Assembly: GCA_024653305.1 (NCBI GenBank)
Contig: JANLFW010000001.1
Location: 29,780-93,779, forward strand
Source: Candidatus Acetothermia bacterium
GTDB taxonomy: Bacteria; Bipolaricaulota; Bipolaricaulia; Bipolaricaulales; Bipolaricaulaceae
DNA length: 64,000 nt
Direction of reading: 5' to 3'
The position numbers were made by a program, and so were the translations under genes. The notes under the pieces are model-generated. The model did no database searches, was not told the origin of the DNA, and saw only the letters and a program-made list of their open reading frames with translations. Shown one piece after another: positions 47,883-56,060 of this stretch; position 1 is the first letter of the stretch; each line of letters opens with the position of its first letter.

Positions 47883-50365
47883 CCGAGCCGGCGCCTGAGC
47901 TCGGCCAGGAGGGCCAGGGCCTCGAGCGGGGTGAGGCGTTCCGGATCCAGGCGTCGGAGGTCGGCCAGCACCGGGTGGTCGTCCCCGCCGAACAGGGGGA
48001 GCTGTTCCCCCTGCCCACCCCGGGGCGTGGGGGCAGCCCGCTCGAGCTCGGCCAGGACTCGCCCAGCCTCGCCCAGGATCACCTCGGGCAGCCCGGCCAA
48101 CTTGGCCACGTGTACCCCATAGCTGCGCTCGGCGACTCCGGGCAGCACCCGGTACAAGAACACCACCTCGCCCCTCCACTCCCGCACCGCGGCGTGGAGG
48201 TTCATCGCCCCCGGCACCTCCTCCGCGAGGCGGGACAGCTCTCGATAATGCGTGGCGAACAGGGTCTTACACCGCACCCGTTCCGCAAGGTACCGAGCGA
48301 TGGCCCACGCCAGGGCCATCCCGTCGTGGGTGCTCGTTCCCCGGCCGAGCTCATCCAGGATCACCAGCGACCGCTCGGTGGCCCCGGAGAGGATCTCCGC
48401 CGCTTCTCGCATCTCGGCCATGAACGTGGACAGGCCCTCGGTCAGGGCATCGGACGCCCCAACCCGGGTGTAGATGCGGTCGAACACGGGGAGCTCGGCT
48501 TCTCGGGCCGGGACGAACGACCCCATCTGGGCCAAAAGCGCGATCAGGGCCACCTGCCGCAAGAACACCGACTTCCCGGCCATGTTCGGCCCGGTGACCA
48601 CCGCCAACCGCACCCCCTCCCCCATGTCGAGGTCGTTGGACACGAACTGGACCACCTCCTCGACCATGGGGTGGCGGCCCTCGCGGATGCGCATCGCCGC
48701 CCGATCGGTGAACCGAGGTCGGCTGTAGCCCCGGCGGTGGGCGACCTCGGCCAGCGACCGCAGGACGTCCAGCTCGGCCAGCGCTTCCCCAACCCGGGCC
48801 AGAGCCGGGATCTCCGCCCGGACCCGGTCGCCGAGGACGCGAAACAGGTCCTCCTCAGCCGCCCGCGCCTCCTCCTCGACCGCCGTCAGCCGGTCGGCCA
48901 GGGCGGCAAGCTCCCCGGATGTGAACCGCTCCCCGTTGGCACACGACTGGCGGCGGCGCCAATCCGCCGGCACCTTCCCGAGATGGGCTCGGGTGACCTC
49001 GAAGTAGTAGCCGAACATCCGGTTGTACCCGACCTTGAGGCTCCCGATCCCGGTGCGGCGGCGTTCCTTCCCCTCCAGGGCGGTGATCTCCTCCCGCAGC
49101 CGGCGGGCCTCGGCGCGGAGCCCATCAAGCCGGGCGTTGTACCCCTCTCGGATGACCCAACCCTGGTCCAGGGACGGGGGTGGGGCGTCCACCAGCGCCC
49201 GGCGGATCTCGTCGGCCAGCGCGGCTGGGGCCGCGTCCAGCGCTCCGGCGATGGCCGCCAGCCGCCCCGGAAGAGGATCGGCCACGCCGCGGAGCGTGGA
49301 TGCCAGGCCCTGGGCGGCGTCCAGCGTCCGCCCGAGGACGGCGAGGTCGACGGGGGTGGGCGCTCCCACGCTGACCCGCCCGAGGAGGCGGGGGAGATCG
49401 CCCGCCCGGGCCAAGGCCCGGCCCAACTCCTCCCATGCCCCGGATCGGACCAGGGCGTCCACCGCGTCCAGCCGGGCCGCGATCGCCGGGAGGTCCCGGA
49501 GAGGGGCGAGGATCCATCGGCGCAGCAGCCGTCTCCCCATGGGCGTCTTCGTCCGGTCAAGGACGGAGAGCAGGGTCAGGCGGCCCTCCGGCCGCAGGGG
49601 GGCGATGAGCTCCAGGGACCGTTGGGTGAAGGCGTCCAGGGCCATGGCCTCGTCGGCCGGGCGCAGGGCCGGGGCCCGCAGGTGGGCGAGCTCGCCCACG
49701 GTGTACGCGAGGTAGGCGACCAGCGCCCCCGCGGCCCGGGCGGCGAGCGGCGCCTCCGCAAGGGCCCTCGGGAACCGTTGCTGCAGCAGGTCCAGGGAGA
49801 AGTCGCCGGCGGGGCGGGGGGTGCGCGCCCCGGGGAGGTCGGCCGGAGGGGACCAGCCCTCGGGGAAGATCCATTCCCGGACGGGCAGGCGGGCCGCGAG
49901 CTGGGGAAGGTCCGCGAACCCGAGTTCCTCCGCCCAGAACTCCCCCGATGCTGCCTCCGCCCACGCCGCCCCGACCCGATCCCCCTCCGGCCAGACCGCG
50001 GCGAGGAGCGTGTCTTGGTCAGCATCCAGCACCCCCTCCTCGATCGCCGTGCCCGGGGTGAGGACCCGCACCACCTCCCGGCGGAGGAGGGCCTTGCCCT
50101 TACCCGGCCGCTCGAGCTGCGGGCACAGGGCCACCTTGTACCCGCGGCGAAGGAGGCGCGCCACGTAGAGAGCCGCCTTGCGCACCGGGACCCCGGCCAT
50201 GGGGGCGCCGTCCCGGGCGGTCAACGTGATCTCCAGCTCCCGCGCCACCACCTCCGCATCCTCGAAGAACGTCTCGTAGAAGTCGCCGAGCTGGAAGAAC
50301 AGGATCGCCCCCGGGTAGCGGGCCTTCATGGCGTGGTACTGCCGCATCATCGGGGTCAGTTCCAT
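47879..50365 (-). CDS. mutS: DNA mismatch repair protein MutS
   Basis: Start at MELTPMMRQYHAMKARYPGAILFFQLGDFYE (ATG 50365-50363). Walker A GPNMAGKSVFLRQ. 828 aa. Confidence 0.95.
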   Translation of the reverse strand: MELTPMMRQYHAMKARYPGAILFFQLGDFYETFFEDAEVVARELEITLTARDGAPMAGVPVRKAALYVARLLRRGYKVALCPQLERPGKGKALLRREVVRVLTPGTAIEEGVLDADQDTLLAAVWPEGDRVGAAWAEAASGEFWAEELGFADLPQLAARLPVREWIFPEGWSPPADLPGARTPRPAGDFSLDLLQQRFPRALAEAPLAARAAGALVAYLAYTVGELAHLRAPALRPADEAMALDAFTQRSLELIAPLRPEGRLTLLSVLDRTKTPMGRRLLRRWILAPLRDLPAIAARLDAVDALVRSGAWEELGRALARAGDLPRLLGRVSVGAPTPVDLAVLGRTLDAAQGLASTLRGVADPLPGRLAAIAGALDAAPAALADEIRRALVDAPPPSLDQGWVIREGYNARLDGLRAEARRLREEITALEGKERRRTGIGSLKVGYNRMFGYYFEVTRAHLGKVPADWRRRQSCANGERFTSGELAALADRLTAVEEEARAAEEDLFRVLGDRVRAEIPALARVGEALAELDVLRSLAEVAHRRGYSRPRFTDRAAMRIREGRHPMVEEVVQFVSNDLDMGEGVRLAVVTGPNMAGKSVFLRQVALIALLAQMGSFVPAREAELPVFDRIYTRVGASDALTEGLSTFMAEMREAAEILSGATERSLVILDELGRGTSTHDGMALAWAIARYLAERVRCKTLFATHYRELSRLAEEVPGAMNLHAAVREWRGEVVFLYRVLPGVAERSYGVHVAKLAGLPEVILGEAGRVLAELERAAPTPRGGQGEQLPLFGGDDHPVLADLRRLDPERLTPLEALALLAELRRRLG

Positions 50366-50390
50366 GCCCGTCGAGTATACCCCTGCCGCG

Positions 50391-51323
50391 TTAGGACCCG
50401 GTCGCGGCTGCGCTCTGGTCCAGGACGACGGCGAGCGGCGTGCCGGCCACGTCCCAGGTGCGTTGCTCGCCGTAGGTCCGGTGGGGACGGTACCGCCGCC
50501 GCGCGGCGGCGAGGTCCGCGCCCTGGACGGTGATCCGCCCCAGGTCCACCTCTCCAAGCCCGAGCCGGGCGGCATGGACGAGGTACCCGATCTCCCCAGG
50601 AGCAAAGCCCATCAGGTCAGCCGCCACCGCGTCCACCGCCACCGGGTCCGTCCCCGCGAAGGCGACCCGATGGTCCACCGGCTCCCCGTCCACCGGCCCA
50701 TCCCCCTCCATCCCCACGAACCCGTCGATCACCGCGAGGTGTGGGCGGAGGGCCCGGCCGAGCAGGGCCAGGTTCACGTTGATCGCCCGGTACCCGCGGT
50801 GGATCTTGGCCTTGTCCGGCTTCTGGATGCAACCCACCACCATGTTCTTGAAGGAGGCGGTGACGATCACCGTGTCGTGGGTCTTGGGGAGGGCCACCGA
50901 CACCCGCACCGAGTCGAGGGCGGTCTTGGCCACCCGCACCGGGTGCGCCTGCCCGCGCTCGTCGTAGATGGGAAGAGCGACAGAGCGGTCACGGTTCAAG
51001 TCCAGAAGCTCGACCCCGTAGCGCCGGGTGAGCGCGGTGTACCCGAAGCCTTTGAACGCGCGCCGGGTGTCCTCCGCCGACCCCTCACCGAGGATGATCC
51101 GCCGTGGGCCGAGCAGGGCGAGGGCGGCCAGCACCGGGGCGAGGGCATCGGCGTGGGTTGCGGCCAATTGCCGGGTGGAGGAGACGCAGTTCGGCTTGAC
51201 CAGGACCTGCTCCCCGCGGACCAGACCAGCCAGGTCCGCGTGGGCGAGGAGATCGGCGAGGACCCCCCGAACCCCCGCCGCCCGCTCCCCGACCCCGGCT
51301 TGGAGGTAGACCGTGGCCACCAT
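50391..51323 (-). CDS. DUF362 domain protein
   Basis: Track ORF of 310 aa. QVLVKPNCVS...ATHADAL and IDGFVGMEGDGP match my recollection of DUF362. Confidence 0.65.
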   Translation of the reverse strand: MVATVYLQAGVGERAAGVRGVLADLLAHADLAGLVRGEQVLVKPNCVSSTRQLAATHADALAPVLAALALLGPRRIILGEGSAEDTRRAFKGFGYTALTRRYGVELLDLNRDRSVALPIYDERGQAHPVRVAKTALDSVRVSVALPKTHDTVIVTASFKNMVVGCIQKPDKAKIHRGYRAINVNLALLGRALRPHLAVIDGFVGMEGDGPVDGEPVDHRVAFAGTDPVAVDAVAADLMGFAPGEIGYLVHAARLGLGEVDLGRITVQGADLAAARRRYRPHRTYGEQRTWDVAGTPLAVVLDQSAAATGS

Positions 51324-51355
51324 GCCGGTTCATCCTATGGAGGGCCAGTGTCCCC

Positions 51356-51910
51356 TCATCGCCGGCCGGATCCCCTTTCCTCGGCGAGGAACTCCTCGCG
51401 CAGGATGGACATCACATGCACGTCGTGGTAGCGGCCGTCGCGGAAGAACGCGTGGCGTCGTGTGCCCTCGTGGCGGAACCCGGCCTTCTCGTAGCACCTG
51501 ATGGCGCGGGCGTTGAACGCGAACACCTCCAGCTCCACCCGGTGCAGGTTGAGCTCCTGGAACGCGAACCGCAGGAGGACACGGGCGGCCTCGCTGCCGT
51601 AGCCCTGTCCCCAGTACGCCTTCTCCCCAAGCACGATCCCGAACACGGCCGTCCGGTTCTTCCAGTCCACTCTGTGCAGACCCAGGTTCCCGATGTGCAC
51701 CCAACTCCCGTCCACCTGAGCCTCGATGGCGTACAGGAACTCGTCCCGCCGCTCGAGCTGGGCCGCAAACCAGCGCTCCTCCTTGGCCCGGGACATGGGC
51801 TCGTACATGACGAGGAACTGGCGCACCTCGGGGTCGTTGAACCACCGCACGAAGGTGGGGATGTCCTCCCGCTCGATCTGGCGCAGCCGTACCCGTTCTC
51901 CGTACAGCAT
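51356..51910 (-). CDS. GNAT family N-acetyltransferase (RimJ/RimL-like)
   Basis: 184 aa. RLRQIEREDIPTFVRWFNDPEV and GQGYGSEAARVLLRFAF motifs. Confidence 0.85.
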   Translation of the reverse strand: MLYGERVRLRQIEREDIPTFVRWFNDPEVRQFLVMYEPMSRAKEERWFAAQLERRDEFLYAIEAQVDGSWVHIGNLGLHRVDWKNRTAVFGIVLGEKAYWGQGYGSEAARVLLRFAFQELNLHRVELEVFAFNARAIRCYEKAGFRHEGTRRHAFFRDGRYHDVHVMSILREEFLAEERGSGRR

Positions 51911-51922
51911 GGGTTCCTCCAG

Positions 51923-51959
51923 AAAAAGAGCGGGGGCGACGTGACCGTCGCCCCCGCTC
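51923..51959 (-). terminator. Rho-independent terminator downstream of the repeat lipoprotein gene
   Basis: Perfect 14-bp stem GAGCGGGGGCGACG / CGTCGCCCCCGCTC with a 4-nt loop, followed on the minus strand by TTTTT. It sits 20 nt after the stop at 51979. Confidence 0.75.
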
Positions 51960-51978
51960 CCGTTCCCGTTGTTCCGGG

Positions 51979-52962
51979 TTACGGCGCCGCGACGGTCAGG
52001 GTCACCCGGGCCGTCTTGGTGATGGTTCCGCCGGTGCCCCGCACCGTGAGGGTGTAGCTCCCGACGGCGGCGGTGGCGTCCACGGCGAGGGTGATGGTGC
52101 TTGCGCCGGCCGGGGCCGGGTTCGGGTCAAAGCTGACCCGGACGCCAGCCGGGGCGCCTTCCGCCTCGAGCAGGATGACGTCAGCAAACCCGCCGACCCG
52201 GGTGATGTTCACCGCCACCGTGCCGGTCGCGCCCTGCTTCACCGTGACCGCGGCCGGGGTCAGGGACATGCTGAAGTCCGGGACCGCCTCCACGGTGAGG
52301 GTCAGCTTGGCCGTCTTGTCCAAGCCGCCGCCCTTGCCGCGCACGGTGAGGGTGTAGTTGCCCGGGGCCGTGGTCGCTGCGACCTGGAGGGTGAGCGTGC
52401 TCTTGTCCGCCGGGGCCGAGGCCGGGTTGAACGTCCCCGTCACCCCAGCCGGGGCGCCTTCCAGCGTGAGGGCCACGGCCTCGGTCATCGTCGCGGTGCG
52501 CTTGATGTTCACCGTCACCGTGCTGGTCGCGCCCGGCTTCACTGTGACCGAAGCCGGCGCCGCCTCCAGCGTGAAGTCCGGGGCCACGGCCACGGTCAGC
52601 TCGAGAGCCGCTTCCTTCTTGAGCTTCCCGCTGGTCGCCGTCACCTTGAGCGAGTATTTCTGCGTGGGCACCGTGCCGCCCACCGTCAGGGTGAGGGTGG
52701 TCTTATCGGCGGTGGTCTTCACTGGGTCGAACTTCGCCGTCACCCCGCTGGGGAGCCCGGTCACCGCGAACGTGACTTCTCCCTTGAACCCACCGGTACG
52801 GGCGAGGCTCACCGCCACCGTACCGCTCTTGCCCTGGGCGATAATCGTAGTCGTAGGCTGTAGGGAAACCGTGAAATCTCCACCGCCACACCCCACCAGC
52901 ACCCCCAAAACCACGGCCACGCCAAGGAACCCCATCAACCGCTTCGCTAGCTTAGTTGTCAT
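51979..52962 (-). CDS. Lipoprotein built from three tandem ~100-aa Ig-like (beta-sandwich) repeats
   Basis: Signal peptide plus lipobox LVGC (Cys25). Three repeats each run DF(T/S)...TV..G...TV.V...R...........G.P.GV...F.P.......(S/T)T(L/I)TL.V......G.Y.L(K/T)V...G....K.A.L.LTV. SD AAAGGAGGCGT lies before the ATG. Confidence 0.7.
   Translation of the reverse strand: MTTKLAKRLMGFLGVAVVLGVLVGCGGGDFTVSLQPTTTIIAQGKSGTVAVSLARTGGFKGEVTFAVTGLPSGVTAKFDPVKTTADKTTLTLTVGGTVPTQKYSLKVTATSGKLKKEAALELTVAVAPDFTLEAAPASVTVKPGATSTVTVNIKRTATMTEAVALTLEGAPAGVTGTFNPASAPADKSTLTLQVAATTAPGNYTLTVRGKGGGLDKTAKLTLTVEAVPDFSMSLTPAAVTVKQGATGTVAVNITRVGGFADVILLEAEGAPAGVRVSFDPNPAPAGASTITLAVDATAAVGSYTLTVRGTGGTITKTARVTLTVAAP
51982..52878 (-). 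repeat. Three in-frame tandem ~300-nt coding repeats
   Basis: Repeat units are codons 29-128 (52579..52878), 129-228 (52279..52578) and 229-327 (51982..52278). They are divergent copies; similarity is clearest at protein level. Confidence 0.7.
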
Positions 52963-52982
52963 ACGCCTCCTTTCCCCCTTTT

Positions 52983-53004
52983 ACAAGTCAGCTCTATGAC
53001 TTGT
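52983..53004. promoter_or_regulatory. 8-bp perfect inverted repeat in the 5' region of the lipoprotein gene
   Basis: ACAAGTCA-GCTCTA-TGACTTGT, 21-42 nt upstream of the ATG at 52962. A weak TTGAAA-N17-TAAGTT promoter-like pair lies just upstream on the minus strand. Confidence 0.35.
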
Positions 53005-53270
53005 GTAGCCGAAACTTAGCCGGAACGGCGATCCGTTTCAAGGCCCGGGGAACAGCGGGTCATCGAGCTGACTCCCAGAGGGGGCCTTCCCCTTTCCCAG
53101 TTCCAGTACGTCGTTCCCCGGTTGACCGCCCTTTCCGATCCCGACCACGACGGCCAAGCTTATAGCACCTTGCCGGCAGCGTCAAATGCGCGGAGACTGG
53201 TTGGGAACAAGCTTTACGTGCGCCCAATGCACCAATCCCCCTTCCCGCCTGGCCCGCACCGGGTAGCGAT

Positions 53271-53303
53271 GCGGGGGCGGGCACTTCCCCCGCCCCCGTT
53301 TTT
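53271..53303 (+). terminator. Orphan plus-strand intrinsic-terminator-like hairpin
   Basis: 10-bp stem CGGGGGCGGG / CCCGCCCCCG (53272-53281 / 53289-53298), a 7-nt loop, then TTTTT (53299-53303). No plus-strand gene lies upstream. Confidence 0.55.
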
Positions 53304-53358
53304 GCCAAACCCAAGCCCACCCTGCGACCACTGGGTTGGCCTGAGGTGGGCGTATGGC

Positions 53359-53424
53359 CTAGCAGCCCCCGCAGGGCTTCTTCGGCTGCTTGGGCTTCTC
53401 CGTCTTCTTCTCCTTGAGCAGCAC
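53359..53424 (-). CDS. Candidate 21-aa Lys-rich micro-protein ending in CGGC
   Basis: GTG 53424-53422 lies 10 nt after GGAGG. Peptide MLLKEKKTEKPKQPKKPCGGC. All 20 sense codons after the start end in G/C. It has its own near-consensus promoter and a downstream stem GCCCACC...GGTGGGC followed by TTGGGTTTGG. Confidence 0.35.
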   Translation of the reverse strand: MLLKEKKTEKPKQPKKPCGGC

Positions 53425-53468
53425 GTCGGATCACCCTCCTGGCCGCCCCAACGGGGCGCGGCCGACGC

Positions 53469-53496
53469 AGTATAGTGCGCCGTGGCCGGGCGTCAA
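53469..53496 (-). promoter_or_regulatory. Near-consensus sigma-70-type promoter driving the micro-ORF
   Basis: The minus strand reads TTGACG (53496-53491), 16-nt spacer, TATACT (53474-53469). This is about 45 nt upstream of the GTG. Confidence 0.55.
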
Positions 53497-53670
53497 TAGG
53501 GACCACGGTCGGACGAGCAAGCACCGCTCCGCCGTTGGGCGACGCAACCGAGGTCCTGCACGGCGATCGGGGCGACCGGAGGTGGACCGGCGCCGGGTCG
53601 GTCGGGTATCACCCCATCGAGGGCGGACGGGGACGATGCGGGAAGCCCGCGGTGGACAAGGAGGTGCAGG

Positions 53671-54765
53671 ATGGAACCTTGGAAGTGGATCGCGCTTGCG
53701 GCCTTGATGCTGGTCATCGGGTTTCTCGTGATCGAGCGGCCACCCCCGGCCGTGGTCGAGGTGTCCTTCTCCCATGACGACGCCACCCTGGCCGGGACGT
53801 TGACCCTGCCCGCCGGGGACGGGCCGCATCCGGCGGTGATCCTGATCTCCGGGAGCGGTCCCCAGAACCGGGACGAGGAGATCCCCGGGGTCCCCGGATA
53901 CCTACCGTTCCGGTGGATCGCCGATCACCTCGCCCGCCGCGGCGTGGCCGTGCTGCGCTACGACGACCGCGGCGTGGGGGACTCCACCGGCGACCACGCC
54001 ACGGCCACGACTGCAGATTTTGCCGACGACGCCGAGGCCGCGTTCAAGTACTTGCAGGGGCGAAAGGAGATCGACCCCAACCAGGTCGGGTTCCTCGGCC
54101 ACAGCGAGGGGGCGACGGTCGCCGCCATGGTCGCGGCGCGGAACCCCGACGTGGCGTTCGTGATCGCCATGGCCGGCCCGGCGGTGAACGGGTACGCGCT
54201 CATCCTCAAGCAGGTGGAGCGCCTGGCGCGGGTGGGTGGGGCGAGCGACGACCAGGTGGCCGAGGCGCTCCGGCAGCAGCGCACCGTCCTCGACCTGGCG
54301 CAGGCCCAGGACTGGGAGGCGCTGGAGGGCTACCTCCATAGCCTCATCACGGCCCAGCTCCAAGGGTTGCCCGACCGGCACAAGGCGGCCCTGGGCGACC
54401 TCGAGGCCATCGCTCGACAGCGGGTCGCCCCGCAGATGGCGGCGTTTCGCAGCCCGTGGTACCAGTTCTTCCTGAACCACGACCCGGCGCGGGATTGGGA
54501 GCAGGTCACGGTCCCCGTCCTGGCCCTGTTCGGCAAGCGCGACGTCCAGGTGGACGTGGATCAGAACCGCCCTCCCCTGGAGGCGGCGCTGGCCCGGGCG
54601 GGGAACCCCGACGTGACGGTGGTCGTGTTTCCCACCGCCAACCACTTATTTCAAAGCGCGACGACGGGCGGCCTGGACGAATACGCCGTCCTGGCCAAGG
54701 AGTTCGTACCCGGATTCCTGAACACGATCAGCGACTGGCTGCTCGCTCGGGTGCGGACCCGATGA
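53671..54765 (+). CDS. Membrane-anchored alpha/beta hydrolase
   Basis: N-terminal [20 protein letters not shown]. Nucleophile elbow GHSEGA. SD AAGGAGG lies before ATG 53671. Confidence 0.8.
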   Translation: MEPWKWIALAALMLVIGFLVIERPPPAVVEVSFSHDDATLAGTLTLPAGDGPHPAVILISGSGPQNRDEEIPGVPGYLPFRWIADHLARRGVAVLRYDDRGVGDSTGDHATATTADFADDAEAAFKYLQGRKEIDPNQVGFLGHSEGATVAAMVAARNPDVAFVIAMAGPAVNGYALILKQVERLARVGGASDDQVAEALRQQRTVLDLAQAQDWEALEGYLHSLITAQLQGLPDRHKAALGDLEAIARQRVAPQMAAFRSPWYQFFLNHDPARDWEQVTVPVLALFGKRDVQVDVDQNRPPLEAALARAGNPDVTVVVFPTANHLFQSATTGGLDEYAVLAKEFVPGFLNTISDWLLARVRTR

Positions 54766-54766
54766 G

Positions 54767-55051
54767 TTGGCGGAGGAGTCGGATGATCCGCCGGATGTCG
54801 GGCAGGAAGCCCATGTCGCACATACGGTCCGCCTCGTCCAGGACCAGCACCTCGACCCGGGAGAGATCGATGTTCCCGGCGTCGGCGTGGTCGAGCAGGC
54901 GGCCGGGGCAGGCGACGATCTCCACGCCGCGGCGCAGCGCCGCGATCTGGGGCTGATTGCTGACGCCGCCGTAGATCGAGACGCTTTGGACTGCAATGGC
55001 CTCGGCCGCGGGAAGGACCACCATCGCCCCGGACGGGTAAACTTGGTCCAC
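54767..55051 (-). pseudogene. Relic of a DEAD-box RNA helicase gene (motifs Ib-II only)
   Basis: Track ORF 54728..55051 reads ...[66 protein letters not shown].... The Q motif and Walker A upstream are absent, as are the SAT motif and the whole C-terminal domain. Similarity stops at the hydrolase stop codon. Confidence 0.65.
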
Positions 55052-55090
55052 AGTTCGCTGACTTCATGTCAACGTCGATGGAGGCAGGCG

Positions 55091-56053
55091 ATGAGGGGAT
55101 GGTGGCGGGCGGTTGTGTTTGGCACGGTGGCTACGCTCGTTGGGCACGCGCTGGCGGTGGCGCTCCCCGCGGGAGCGGTGGCGGAGTGGAAGCTTCCTTG
55201 GTTGAGCGATCTCGCGTTCTCACCCGACGGCCGGTTCCTCGCCGTGGCCACGGTCGGCGGGGTCAACCTGTACCACGGTGAGACCTGGGAGCACGCCGGC
55301 ACGTTCGCCGTCCCCGGGGGCCAGGCCTATGCCCTGGCCTTCGCCCCGAACGGGGAGCTCCTCGCCGCCGGGGCATGGAACGAGGTCCGGGTGTGGAACG
55401 TGGAGGACAGGGACTTGATCTTTACCCTCTCCGGCCCTTTCGGGAACGTGTTCGCCCTCGCGTTCTCGCCGTCCGCCCCGTACCTGGCAGTGGGAGGGGC
55501 GGACGGGTCGGTCCGGGTGTGGGACTTCGGTTCGGGGGAGGCGGTTTGGGTCACCCAGACCCACACCACTTCGGCGCGGGGCGTCGCGTTTGCCCCGGAC
55601 GGGGCCCTCCTCGCGTCCGGCGGTGCTGATCAGGCCATCCTCTGGGACGTGAGCACCGGGGAGATCGTCCACGCCTTCCCCGGCCGGGCATGGGACGTGG
55701 CCTTCTCCCCCGACGGGTACTTCCTGGCGGTGGGGGCGGGGAAGGTGGTCAAGCTGTGGGACACCGCGGTAGCCCTGCCCTACCGCGAAATGTGGGGCCA
55801 GGACGGACACACCGGCTGTGTGTTCGCGGTCGCGTTCTCCCCGGACGGGCGGCTCGTCGCCTCCGGCTCCCTCGACGAGACGGTGCGGGTGTGGGATCCC
55901 GAGGCGGGTGAGGTTCTCCACCTGCTCGCCGGGCACGCGGCGGCGGTGGAGGGGGTCAGCTTCTCCCCCGACGGGGCGCTTCTGGCGAGCGGATCGGGCG
56001 ACGGCTCCGTGGTCGTGTGGGACATGGCCGCCCTCCCGCCGTTCGCGCCGTAG
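55091..56053 (+). CDS. Secreted WD40 (beta-propeller) repeat protein
   Basis: Start at MRGWWRAVVFGTVATLVGHALA (ATG 55091, SD GGAGG at 55079-55083). Repeated FSPDG...VW(D/N) units. Confidence 0.8.
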   Translation: MRGWWRAVVFGTVATLVGHALAVALPAGAVAEWKLPWLSDLAFSPDGRFLAVATVGGVNLYHGETWEHAGTFAVPGGQAYALAFAPNGELLAAGAWNEVRVWNVEDRDLIFTLSGPFGNVFALAFSPSAPYLAVGGADGSVRVWDFGSGEAVWVTQTHTTSARGVAFAPDGALLASGGADQAILWDVSTGEIVHAFPGRAWDVAFSPDGYFLAVGAGKVVKLWDTAVALPYREMWGQDGHTGCVFAVAFSPDGRLVASGSLDETVRVWDPEAGEVLHLLAGHAAAVEGVSFSPDGALLASGSGDGSVVVWDMAALPPFAP

Positions 56054-56060
56054 GCCGGCG

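Noticed and set aside
53186-53266. 26-codon plus-strand ATG ORF (MRGDWLGTSFTCAQCTNPPSRLARTG) ending 5 nt before the orphan terminator.
   Set aside because: It has no SD and no convincing promoter. Third-position G/C bias is weaker than in real genes here (6 of 25 sense codons after the ATG end in A or T). It is kept only as a note inside the orphan-terminator finding.
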